Shown: positions 18,092 through 26,740 of the stretch, piece by piece
Layout of the letters: each line of letters starts with the position of its first letter
Position numbering within the stretch: position 1 is the stretch's first letter
Origin: an uncultured Anaerolineales bacterium
GTDB taxonomy: Bacteria; Chloroflexota; Anaerolineae; Anaerolineales; RBG-16-64-43
DNA: 64,000 nucleotides
Direction: 5' to 3'
Assembly: GCA_964353865.1 (NCBI GenBank)
Contig: CAYGXJ010000004.1
Coordinates: forward strand, 10,782-74,781
Made by a program: the position numbers and the translations under genes
Notes under the pieces: generated by a model
What the model was told of the DNA's origin: nothing
The model's database searches: none
Seen by the model: the letters and a program-made list of their open reading frames with translations, nothing else

Positions 18092-19056
18092 GCGCGACGG
18101 CCCGCGCGCACCCGAACATCGCGCTCATCAAATACTGGGGCAACCGCGACCAGGCCTTACGGCTTCCCGCTAACGCATCGATTTCCTTCAACCTCTCCGG
18201 GCTCGAGACGACAACCCGCGTCGCCTTTGAACCGAGTTTGGCGGCCGACAGCATCGAGATTGACGGCCTGGCCGCCCAGGGGCCGGCCGCCGAGCGCGTG
18301 GTGCGTCATCTCGACCACATCCGCGCGTTGAGCGGGCAGCGTGCTTGGGCGCGGGTTCTCAGCCGCAGCAATTTCCCCGCCGGTACCGGCATCGCCTCGT
18401 CTGCCTCGGCCTTTGCCGCGCTCACCGTGGCGGCCTGCGCCGCGTCGGGCCTATCCCTTCCCGAGGATCACCTCTCACGCATCGCCCGCCTGGGCTCGGG
18501 GTCCGCGGCGCGTTCGATCCCCGACGGGTTCGTCGCCCTCGAAACGGGCGCGCGCGATGAGCAGGCCTTCGCCCATTCCCTGGCCGCCCACACCCACTGG
18601 GATCTGATCGATTGCATCGCGCTGGTCAGCCGCGAGCCGAAGTTGGTGGGCTCGAGCGAAGGTCACCGCTTGGCCGCGACCAGCCCGCTTCAGTTGGCCC
18701 GCGTGGAAGATGCGCCGCGGCGGTTTGAGTCGTGCCGGCAGGCCATCCAGGAGAAGGACTTGCTCCAACTGGCGGAGGTCGTCGAGCAGGATTGTCTGAT
18801 GATGCACGCCGTGATGATGACCTCACGCCCGTCTCTCCTCTACTGGCTTCCCGCCACTGTGCGCATTCTGCATCAGGTTCGCGAGTGGCGCGCGCACGGG
18901 TTGGCGGCAGCCTTCACCGTCGACGCGGGCCCGAACGTGCATTGTCTGTGCGAAGCCGCCTCGCTCGAGCAGGTCGTCTCCCGTCTCTCTCACCTACCGG
19001 AAGTCACCCAGGTCATTGTCTGTCACCCCGCACCTGGCGCAGAGCGGATTCCCTGA
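18075..19056 (+). CDS. (di)phosphomevalonate decarboxylase family, GHMP kinase fold
   Basis: NIALIKYWGNRD, then GTGIASSASAFAAL (GHMP motif II), then GSGSAARS. GTG 18075 overlaps the IPK stop. The ORF-track N-extension from 17890 was rejected. Confidence 0.8.
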
Positions 19057-19152
19057 TCCGTTCTCGCACTGCCACGCTGCCGGATGAGAGGAGGGTGAGC
19101 GATCCGCGGCGGGCATCCCGTGCAGATCCCAAGAATCCCGAATCTCGAATGA

Positions 19153-19158
19153 TATAAT
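19153..19158 (+). promoter_or_regulatory. -10 box TATAAT upstream of rseP
   Basis: gaTATAATcg, 41 nt before ATG 19200. Confidence 0.4.
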
Positions 19159-19159
19159 C

Positions 19160-19182
19160 GCGAAATCGATCCCGGATTTCGC
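19160..19182. repeat. 8-bp perfect inverted repeat overlapping the predicted rseP transcription start
   Basis: gcgaaatc-gatcccg-gatttcgc, immediately after the -10 box. Confidence 0.6.
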
Positions 19183-19199
19183 ATGAGGTCAACTCACCT

Positions 19200-20255
19200 A
19201 TGCTCTCTCTGGTACCCGGCTGGCTGTTGACGATCTTGTTGCTGGGCGCGCTAATCCTGCTCCACGAACTGGGGCACTTCACCGTGGCCCGGCTGACCGG
19301 CGTAAAGATCGAAGAATTCGGCTTCGGCTACCCGCCGCGGCTGTTTACGCTCTTCGAACGCGGCGGAACCAAATTCACTCTCAATGCGATTCCCTTCGGA
19401 GGCTTCGTCCGCCCGGCGGGGGAGGATGATCCCAGCATCCCTGGCGGCCTGGCCAGCGCGAGCAAACGCGTTCGCGCCGCGATCTTGCTGGCCGGGGTTG
19501 GCGCCAACTTGCTGACTGCGCTGGTCGTGTTCACGATCGGATTCAAGATCGGCTGGCCGGACCGGGTGGTGATTCTCTCCGTCGTGCCGCAGGCGCCGGC
19601 TGCGGTGGCCGGCCTCGAGACGGGCGATATGGTGCTCACGGTGAATGGACGCCAGGTGCACCAGAGCGCGGATTTGGCCGAGGCCACCTACCAGCACCTC
19701 GGTCAACCGCTGATGCTCGTGATCGAGCGCGGCCAGGAACAGTTGTCGTTCGAGGTGACCCCGCGCAGCGCCTGGCCGGAAGGCCAGGGCCCGATGGGTA
19801 TTGAGATGCAGGCCCAGGTGGTGGGCACGTACACCTGGTTCCAGTCGGCCGGACGATCCCTACAGACCATCGGCGAGCAAGCCTGGTTGCTGCTCACGCT
19901 CCCGGCCCGGCTCATTCAGGGTTCGATCAGCGCCAGTGAGGTGCGACCGATCGGTATTGTCGGCCTGTACGACCTGACCTCGCGCACGATTGAGACGGCG
20001 CAACAGACAAGCCAGTGGGTCATTCTTGTGCAATGGATGGGGTTGATCAGCACCGCACTGGCGCTGGGCAATCTGCTCCCCATCCCGGCTCTGGATGGCG
20101 GACGTCTTATGTTTGTCTTGCTCGAGGCGGTGCGCGGACGGCGCATCTCGCCGGATCGGGAACGTGCGGTGCATGCGCTGGGTTTTGTCATGCTGCTGGG
20201 GCTGATGATCTACATCAGCTACCTGGACCTGGTTCGCCCGGTCATCCCCCGTTGA
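19200..20255 (+). CDS. rseP: site-2 (RIP) zinc metalloprotease, M50 family with PDZ
   Basis: HELGHF zinc motif in TM1, a central PDZ-like segment, C-terminal NLLPIPALDGG motif. Confidence 0.85.
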   Translation: MLSLVPGWLLTILLLGALILLHELGHFTVARLTGVKIEEFGFGYPPRLFTLFERGGTKFTLNAIPFGGFVRPAGEDDPSIPGGLASASKRVRAAILLAGVGANLLTALVVFTIGFKIGWPDRVVILSVVPQAPAAVAGLETGDMVLTVNGRQVHQSADLAEATYQHLGQPLMLVIERGQEQLSFEVTPRSAWPEGQGPMGIEMQAQVVGTYTWFQSAGRSLQTIGEQAWLLLTLPARLIQGSISASEVRPIGIVGLYDLTSRTIETAQQTSQWVILVQWMGLISTALALGNLLPIPALDGGRLMFVLLEAVRGRRISPDRERAVHALGFVMLLGLMIYISYLDLVRPVIPR

Positions 20256-20263
20256 GGCTCGTT

Positions 20264-21229
20264 GTGGCTAACCCCGAACGATTCGCAGCCGGCATGGGGG
20301 AACTTGGCGCAGACGACCACCGCGTTCCAGTGACCCATCTGCATTGGTTCTCCGATCTGGACACTGACCAGGCGCGCCGCTTCCGCGAGACCTTCGGCGG
20401 CTTGCCGCTCGACGCGCGGCGGCGCCTGCTGGAGCAGATGGTGGAGGCCGCCGAAGACAACGTCGAATTGGATTTTGTTGCCGTCGGGTGGACAGCGCTC
20501 GACGATGGGGACAGCGAGGTGCGCCGTCTCGGAATCGAATCGCTGTGGGAGTGCAAGGAGGCCCAACTGGGGGAGCGCTTCTTGGGCATGCTGACCGGCG
20601 ACCCGGCCGAGGAGGTGCGCGCCCAGGCGGCCAGCGCGCTGGGGCTCTTCGTCATGTTGCACGATTTCGAAGAGCTGCGACCTGGGCTTGGGCGGCGGAT
20701 TGAGGCGCGGCTGATGGCCGTCGTCCAGAGCGCAGCCCCCTTGGAGATTCGACGGCGAGCCGTCGAGTCGATGGGATACTCGTCGCGGACCGAAGTGACG
20801 GACCTACTACGTGCGGCGATAGCCGAGCCACAACCGGAGATGAAAGGCAGTGCCTTGTTGGCCATGGGGCGCACCGCCGACAGCCGACTGTGGGGATCGA
20901 CGGTTCTCGGCGAGCTGCGCAACCTGTCTCCCGCCATCCGCTTTCAAGCCGTAGGGGCTGCGGGATCTCTTGGGCTGAAGAGTGCGGTCCCCGAATTGAC
21001 CGAGCTGCTCAATGACAGCGATCGCGAGATACGCGAGCAGGCTATCTGGGCGTTGGGCGAGATCGGGGGCGAGCGGGCGCGCCGCGCCCTTGAGCGTCTG
21101 CAGCATTCGGCCAGCGCGGGCGAGCGCCAACTCATCGAGGACGCGCTTGACAACCTTGAGTTTCAGAGTGGCCTGGACGAGTTTCGTTTGCTCGACGTGG
21201 ATGGAGCAGGCAAGGGCCCGCTCAATTGA
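20264..21229 (+). CDS. HEAT/PBS-lyase-like repeat protein
   Basis: Repeated D..VR..A..ALG-type helices (e.g. DSDREIREQAIWALGEIG). Start is uncertain (GTG 20264 or ATG 20294). Confidence 0.6.
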   Translation: MANPERFAAGMGELGADDHRVPVTHLHWFSDLDTDQARRFRETFGGLPLDARRRLLEQMVEAAEDNVELDFVAVGWTALDDGDSEVRRLGIESLWECKEAQLGERFLGMLTGDPAEEVRAQAASALGLFVMLHDFEELRPGLGRRIEARLMAVVQSAAPLEIRRRAVESMGYSSRTEVTDLLRAAIAEPQPEMKGSALLAMGRTADSRLWGSTVLGELRNLSPAIRFQAVGAAGSLGLKSAVPELTELLNDSDREIREQAIWALGEIGGERARRALERLQHSASAGERQLIEDALDNLEFQSGLDEFRLLDVDGAGKGPLN

Positions 21230-21240
21230 GACGGGCGGCG

Positions 21241-21282
21241 CCCCGCAGCCATGCGGGGAGTGTGCTTCCGCAACCGAAGCAC
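21241..21282 (+). terminator. two consecutive 7-bp hairpins after the HEAT-repeat gene
   Basis: ccccgca-gcca-tgcgggg and gtgcttc-cgcaacc-gaagcac. No U-tract. Confidence 0.3.
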
Positions 21283-21325
21283 TGCGCGCCTCTTAGAGGC
21301 TGCATTTCACACGAGGTGGGTCGGC

Positions 21326-21868
21326 ATGCCCGCCGATCGCGCGACGCTGGTCTTCGATCTCGAAACCAAGTCTCTGGCCGAAGAGGTAGGCGGCTGGGAC
21401 CAAATCCACCGTCTTGGACTGTCGGCGGCCGTGGTGCTCGACACGGCCAGCGGCCTATACACCCGCTACACCGAGGCGGATGCCGGCCGGCTGATTGACC
21501 ACCTGCGTTCCGCCGGCCTGGTCATCGGCTACAACATCCTGCGCTTCGACTATCGCGTGCTCGAGCCTTACGGGGGTGAGGGCCTTGCCGCACTCCCCAC
21601 CATTGATCTGCTCGACCATCTGCACCGGGCGCTTGGGTTTCGCCTGCCCTTGGACTCGGTGGCCGAGGCTACATTGGGGGAGACCAAGTCCGGCGAGGGG
21701 ACCTTGGCCGTGCAATGGTATCGTGCCGGGGAAATCGAGAAGGTACTCGACTACTGCCAGAAGGACGTTGAGTTGACGTGGCGGGTGTACGAACATGGCC
21801 GCACGCAGCATCAGGTGTCTTATCGCGACCGCAGCTACCGCAAACGATCCGTCAGTGTGGCCTGGTGA
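21326..21868 (+). CDS. stand-alone RNase H-fold DEDDy-type 3'-5' exonuclease-like protein
   Basis: Exo I FDLET, Exo II GYNILRFD, Exo III YCQKDVELT. 180 aa. Confidence 0.6.
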   Translation: MPADRATLVFDLETKSLAEEVGGWDQIHRLGLSAAVVLDTASGLYTRYTEADAGRLIDHLRSAGLVIGYNILRFDYRVLEPYGGEGLAALPTIDLLDHLHRALGFRLPLDSVAEATLGETKSGEGTLAVQWYRAGEIEKVLDYCQKDVELTWRVYEHGRTQHQVSYRDRSYRKRSVSVAW

Positions 21869-21903
21869 CCGAAGATCAGAGCGGAGAGGTGGCGCCGGCG
21901 AGG

Positions 21904-22197
21904 ATGAGCATGGAGCACTCTCACGAACGGCTGCACGCCATCGTGCAAGGCGGCGTCCAGGGAGTTGGCTACCGGGTTTTCGTTGTGCGGACGGCGGGGC
22001 CTCTCGGGCTGCGCGGCTGGGTACGCAATCGTTTCGATGGCAGCGTGGAGGTGATGGCCGAGGGCGAACGTGCTTCGCTCGAAGCCCTGGTCCGCGATCT
22101 CAAGCGCGGGCCGCGCGCGGCCTCGGTGGGGCAGGTGGCTGTGGAATGGCAGCCCGCGAGGATGGAGTTCGCTGACTTCCGAATTCGCTACGTATGA
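21904..22197 (+). CDS. acyP: acylphosphatase
   Basis: VQGVGYR and GWVRN signature motifs. 97 aa from ATG 21904. Confidence 0.85.
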   Translation: MSMEHSHERLHAIVQGGVQGVGYRVFVVRTAGPLGLRGWVRNRFDGSVEVMAEGERASLEALVRDLKRGPRAASVGQVAVEWQPARMEFADFRIRYV

Positions 22198-22206
22198 TCG
22201 AGCGGG

Positions 22207-23862
22207 TCATGCCGCGCGGCCGCCCAGGAGCGCCGGGATCTCGCTGAGCCGGCCGTCTTCGTAGCGCCATACTTCCGACTCGTATCCGCGCGAGGCGGAA
22301 AGCGCTACACAGAAAGCCGCTGCAACGCCTGGTTCGTCGCGCAGCAGCCGCGCGTAGTCAACGTACTGCTGGCCCTTTATGCGCGAGTCGACCCCGGCCG
22401 CCGTATTGCTGTATTCGCTCACCATCAGCAGTTTCCCGGGGTGGCGTTGGCGAATGACCTCGTAGTATTTGCCACCCTGTTGCGAATGCATCTCTTCCGC
22501 GCGAGTCCAGAAGCAGTGCACGCCAATCCAGTCTGCGGCCAGGGCGGCACTGTCGGCCTGCTGAAGGAAGGCAAGAGCATCCTGGCGCAGCCCGTCCACC
22601 GTCGCGCCGGGAGCTAGGCCCGGGAAACCGAACTTGGCATCCGGGAAGCGTTGGCGCAGGCGAGTTACTGTCTCCTGGAACCAGCGGCTGAACCCGCCGC
22701 CGTCCATCCACGTGCGCTCGCACCCCTCGCTGCTCAGGTTGGGTTCGTGGTGAACCTCGAAGTAGCGGATACCCATGCGGTAGTGGCGCTGCACATCGGC
22801 TTGCACGCTTTCGACGAAGTCACTGGCCGGCACGGCCCGCGTCGCCAAGTCCCCGGCGAGGCGGACCAGAATGAACATCTGCGGATTGAGCGAGCGCATC
22901 TGCACTACGCTGGAATCGGGGGCGCTCGCGAGCAGCTTGACGGCCTCCAGGCGTGCGTGGCGCGCAGCCTGGACATCGGCCTCGGTCAGCGGGCCATCCA
23001 TACGCCCGTGCGCGCCCACCAGGCACTTCTGGGCCGGCCAGGGGTAGGAGGCGGCAGGCAGCTCGGGAAGGCCCTTCGCGTTCCCGGCTCGACCCGGCCA
23101 GATCAGATAGGGAGTCGGGTCGAGGATGTCTTTCGGGTAGCGCGTCAGACCCGCTGCTGTGGCGCCGATCCTCTTCAGCGTCAGGTGAAGGTGGCTGCCG
23201 GTCGAGTTGCCGGTTGAATCCGCCAGCCCCACCCGAGCGCCCATGCCCAGGACCTGGTTGACGGAGACCAATGGGCGATTGAGATGGGCGTAGACCGTCT
23301 GGTACCCGTCGCGATGCTGGATGCGAACGTGCCGGCCATAAAGGTGGCGCCCGTGTCCATCGTGAACCTCGAACACGGTTCCTTCCGCGCAGGCATACAC
23401 GTTGGCGTTGGTCGGAGCGCGTACATCCACTCCTTCATGACCCGGGAGGCCATAGCGCCGGTAAATCGCGGGGTTCGCGCCGAAGGCCTGCGTGATCACG
23501 GCGTAGTCGGTCGGCCAGCGCAACGCAAATGGAGACGTCTCTCGCCCGTACCGGTCGTTGACTGCGATCCGCATCGCCAGCAACGCCTGCAGTTCGGCGG
23601 GTGTCTTGGCCAGGAGCGGGTCGAGGCGGACCTCGGGGAAGTGCTGATTAAGCCAGGGGATGACGGCGCCATGCACCGGGTGGCCCAGGTAAGCGTTGGG
23701 CGCATCCACGACGGAGATCGTCTGGCTGGGGGCCATGTGGCGGCCGGCATTCTCGGCATCGCCGGTAATTGCCACGCCAAAGGCCATGACGTAGTCCCGC
23801 ACGGCCCGGACCCAATTCCAGTAGTCCGGGCGGGGCAGAAGCAGAATCTGGTATTCGGGCAT
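22207..23862 (-). CDS. M23 (LytM) metallopeptidase fused to a clan-A-like glycoside-hydrolase TIM-barrel domain, with an unknown N-domain
   Basis: M23 motifs HEGVDV and GSHLHL. C-terminal FEVHHEPN and MVSEYS resemble the NEP acid/base and nucleophile Glu of clan GH-A. No signal peptide. ATG 23862 is in frame with, and not separated by a stop from, the radC-like ORF upstream. Confidence 0.6.
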   Translation of the reverse strand: MPEYQILLLPRPDYWNWVRAVRDYVMAFGVAITGDAENAGRHMAPSQTISVVDAPNAYLGHPVHGAVIPWLNQHFPEVRLDPLLAKTPAELQALLAMRIAVNDRYGRETSPFALRWPTDYAVITQAFGANPAIYRRYGLPGHEGVDVRAPTNANVYACAEGTVFEVHDGHGRHLYGRHVRIQHRDGYQTVYAHLNRPLVSVNQVLGMGARVGLADSTGNSTGSHLHLTLKRIGATAAGLTRYPKDILDPTPYLIWPGRAGNAKGLPELPAASYPWPAQKCLVGAHGRMDGPLTEADVQAARHARLEAVKLLASAPDSSVVQMRSLNPQMFILVRLAGDLATRAVPASDFVESVQADVQRHYRMGIRYFEVHHEPNLSSEGCERTWMDGGGFSRWFQETVTRLRQRFPDAKFGFPGLAPGATVDGLRQDALAFLQQADSAALAADWIGVHCFWTRAEEMHSQQGGKYYEVIRQRHPGKLLMVSEYSNTAAGVDSRIKGQQYVDYARLLRDEPGVAAAFCVALSASRGYESEVWRYEDGRLSEIPALLGGRAA

Positions 23863-23919
23863 CGAAAACCCCGCGAAAAGGGCTGAAATCGCACCTGATG
23901 CAGCAGCTCCTTGGGGTGC

Positions 23920-24603
23920 AAATCCCAGGCCACGTTCCCGCAGGGAAACGAAGCGCCCCTGGCCGATAGCCAGGTGGTCGAGCCCCTGCAGGTCGAGCAG
24001 CTTGCCGGCCTCGACCAGTGAACGGGTGAGCGCTAGATTCTCGGGGCTGGGCGAGGGATCGCCGCTCGGATGAGTGTGAACGACGATCAGCCCGGCCGCG
24101 CTATGGCGCAGCGCCTCGCGGAACACCTCGCCGATCCGCGCCAGCGAGGTGTTGAGCGCCCCGTGGTTCATCTCAGCGAGGCGCACGAGCCGATGGCGCG
24201 TGTCGAGCCGCAAGACACGCAGATGCTCCTGATCGAGCGCGCTCATCTCGTATTCCCCGGAGGCTTGCGCCGTTGAGACAACCCTGGGCCGGTCCTCGGG
24301 AGGCAGGCTGGCCATCCGGCGGCCAAGTTCGATGGCCGCCAAGAGCGTGCAAGCTTTGGAAGGACCGACGCCGGGCAGGCGGCACAGCTCCGCCGCCACG
24401 GCGCGCTGCAATCCCGCCAGGCCTCCGATACGCTGCAAGAGGTCCTGGCCGACCTGGACGGCGCTTCGCTCGCGGGCACCCACGCGCACCAAGAGGGCGG
24501 GCGATTCCGCGCTCCTGAGGGCCGGGTGGGATGAGTCTTTCGCGAGGCCGGTCTTGGGTGGGCAGGTTGCGAATGCGGTAGGATTGGCCCCAGTCGCTCA
24601 TCG
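23920..24603 (-). pseudogene. radC: radC-like (UPF0758, JAMM/MPN) gene, frame-shifted near its 5' end and lacking its own stop
   Basis: MSDWGQSYRIRNLPTQDRPRERLI is encoded from ATG 24603 in one frame. The rest (ALRSAESPALLVRVGA..HhH..HTHPSGDPSPS..LDHLAIG) is in a different frame of the same strand from about 24523. Confidence 0.6.
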
Positions 24604-24756
24604 TCCCCCTTTTGAATGAGCGCAGGCGCCGCCGGGCTTGGGCAGAAACGCGCTGCGCGCAATTCTCACGTGGGGTCAGGCACACACCGATCGGGGTGGG
24701 TCTCGACAGGAGGGTCCGTCGCGCCGATTCGATCGCCTCGCAAGAACCCGCCGGCC

Positions 24757-25629
24757 GTGGTCGAGATCTATACCGATGGCTCGGCTTCCCCCAACCCAGG
24801 TCCGGGCGGCTGGGCCGCGGTCGTGGTCGAGGCGGGTCGGCGGCGAGATCTATCCGGGGGAGAGGCCCGCACGACCAACAACCGCATGGAGTTGCGCGCC
24901 GCGCTTGAGGCGCTGCAGGTGCTGCCGCGCTCGAAACAGATACGCGTGCACACCGACTCTCAGTATTTGCGTCTGGGGATTACCGAGTATCTTGCCTACT
25001 GGGAGCGCGCGGGCTGGAAGACGCGCGCCCGGCAGCCGGTGGCCAACCAGGATCTGTGGCAGGCATTGGTGGAAGCCCTCACGGGCCGCACGGTGACCTG
25101 GGTGTGGGTCCGCGGGCATGCAGGCAACTCGCTTAATGAGGCAGCCGACAAGCTTGCACAGAAGGCCGCTTCGCGCTACCGGGAAACCCCCGCCCCAGCC
25201 CGCGCCCATGCCGGCGGATGCAACGCCTACCTGGGAGCCTCGGCCTCGACCCTGCATGCGCGTTGGGCGGCCGTGCTGGAGTGCCACGGAGCCAAAACCG
25301 CCGTCTCGGGAGAAGCGTCCGGCTCGACGGCTAACGCGCTGATCTTGCATGCGGCGCTTTGCGCGCTGCGCCACTCGGCAAGCGATACGCCGCTGACGGT
25401 GCACGCCTCGGCGCGCTACCTGGTGGATGGCGTCACGCACAGCCTGCGCCGCTGGCGCGCCAATGGCTGGCGTACGACCGCCGGCAGCGCAGTCCGGCAT
25501 CGTGAACTGTGGGAGGCGATTGCGCAATTGATCGCGAACAGAGAGGTGCGCTGGGTGTGGGAGGCGTCCTCATCCCTGCTTGAGGAAGCGGAGGCACTCG
25601 CCGCTGGCCGGCGGGGCAAGCGGCTTTGA
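24757..25629 (+). CDS. rnhA: ribonuclease HI fused to a degenerate second RNase H-like domain
   Basis: Domain 1: IYTDGS, NNRMELRA, HTDSQY, GHAGNSLNEAADKLA. Domain 2 (from about 25219) is a clear paralogue with every acidic catalytic position replaced. Start is uncertain (GTG 24757, ORF from ATG 24616). Confidence 0.75.
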   Translation: MVEIYTDGSASPNPGPGGWAAVVVEAGRRRDLSGGEARTTNNRMELRAALEALQVLPRSKQIRVHTDSQYLRLGITEYLAYWERAGWKTRARQPVANQDLWQALVEALTGRTVTWVWVRGHAGNSLNEAADKLAQKAASRYRETPAPARAHAGGCNAYLGASASTLHARWAAVLECHGAKTAVSGEASGSTANALILHAALCALRHSASDTPLTVHASARYLVDGVTHSLRRWRANGWRTTAGSAVRHRELWEAIAQLIANREVRWVWEASSSLLEEAEALAAGRRGKRL

Positions 25630-25643
25630 GGCAGGATGATCCG

Positions 25644-26663
25644 TCAGCTCTCGCTCGCGGCCGGAGCGCGCTCCGGCGCGTCGTCGATCATATCGAGTAT
25701 GGAAGTCAGCTCGCCTCGTTCAAAGAGCGCCCGGAACGTCTCCACCAGGAATGGATCCCACTGCGAGCCGGCGCCATCGCGCAACTTCAGCAGCGCTTCC
25801 TCCGCCGTGTGCGGCGTCGAGTAGGGGCGCCAGGTCGTCAGGGCGTCGAACGCATCGGCCACCGCCATCAGGCGTCCCTCGATCGGTATCTCGGTTCCCG
25901 TCAATCCGCGTGGATAGCCTGACCCGTCCCAGCGTTCGTGGTGCGCCAGGACGTAGGGGATGGCCGGGCGCAGGTGTTCCACCTGGTCCAGCATGTGAGC
26001 GCCATTCTCCGTGTGTTTGCGCATTAGCAGCCACTCGTCCTCGGTCAGCGGCCCCGTCTTGTTGAGCAGGGCGTCGGGGATCGATAGCTTGCCCAGGTCG
26101 TGCAGCAGCGAACCGAAGTCGAGAACCGCCAGCGCTTCGTCGTCCCAGTCCAAGGCGCGCGCCAACGCCAGGGCGTAACGCCGCACGCGTTCGACATGGC
26201 GGCCGGTGTATAGATCGCGCGCCTCAACCGCCTTGGCCAGGAGGATCACCGTCTGCAGGTGGGCTTCACGGGTTCCGGCCAAGTGCACCACGCGCCAGCG
26301 GTCGAGCCGCGCGCGCACGGCGTTGATCAACTCTTGCGCACCAAACGGTTTGGGGAGGAAGTCGTCGGCCCCCAGCTGGCGGGCCGTGTCCATGTCGGCC
26401 CGCGAGGAGCGGGCGCTGACGAATAGGAAGGGCAGGGGTAACCCGGCTTGCTCCTTGCGCATCTGGTCGAGCATATGGAACCCGTCCATCTCGTCCATCA
26501 TCACATCGGAGATGACCAGGTCCGGCGTTTGGCCGCGGAATCGTTCCAGGCCTTCCCGGCCGTTGTGGGCGGTCGTCACCTGGTAGCCCGCATCCTCCAG
26601 GATGAGGGCCATGCCTTCAACCAGGCTGCTATCGTCCTCGACGATCAGGATGCGCGGCTTCAC
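25644..26663 (-). CDS. response regulator with HD-GYP (c-di-GMP phosphodiesterase-type) output domain
   Basis: Receiver ILIVEDD...DLVISDVMMDEMDG. HD-GYP motifs HDLGK and HHERWDGSGYP. GTG start. Confidence 0.85.
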   Translation of the reverse strand: MKPRILIVEDDSSLVEGMALILEDAGYQVTTAHNGREGLERFRGQTPDLVISDVMMDEMDGFHMLDQMRKEQAGLPLPFLFVSARSSRADMDTARQLGADDFLPKPFGAQELINAVRARLDRWRVVHLAGTREAHLQTVILLAKAVEARDLYTGRHVERVRRYALALARALDWDDEALAVLDFGSLLHDLGKLSIPDALLNKTGPLTEDEWLLMRKHTENGAHMLDQVEHLRPAIPYVLAHHERWDGSGYPRGLTGTEIPIEGRLMAVADAFDALTTWRPYSTPHTAEEALLKLRDGAGSQWDPFLVETFRALFERGELTSILDMIDDAPERAPAASES

Positions 26664-26694
26664 GCACTCACCTCAAAACGGAATGAGCCCTCCG

Positions 26695-26700
26695 ATTATA
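26695..26700 (-). promoter_or_regulatory. -10 box TATAAT (minus strand) upstream of the HD-GYP regulator
   Basis: Reads gctGTATAATCGGaggg on the minus strand, 31 nt before GTG 26663. Confidence 0.4.
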
Positions 26701-26740
26701 CAGCGGACGGCTCAGCCAATCTGTGCGAAATGGTTGTCGG

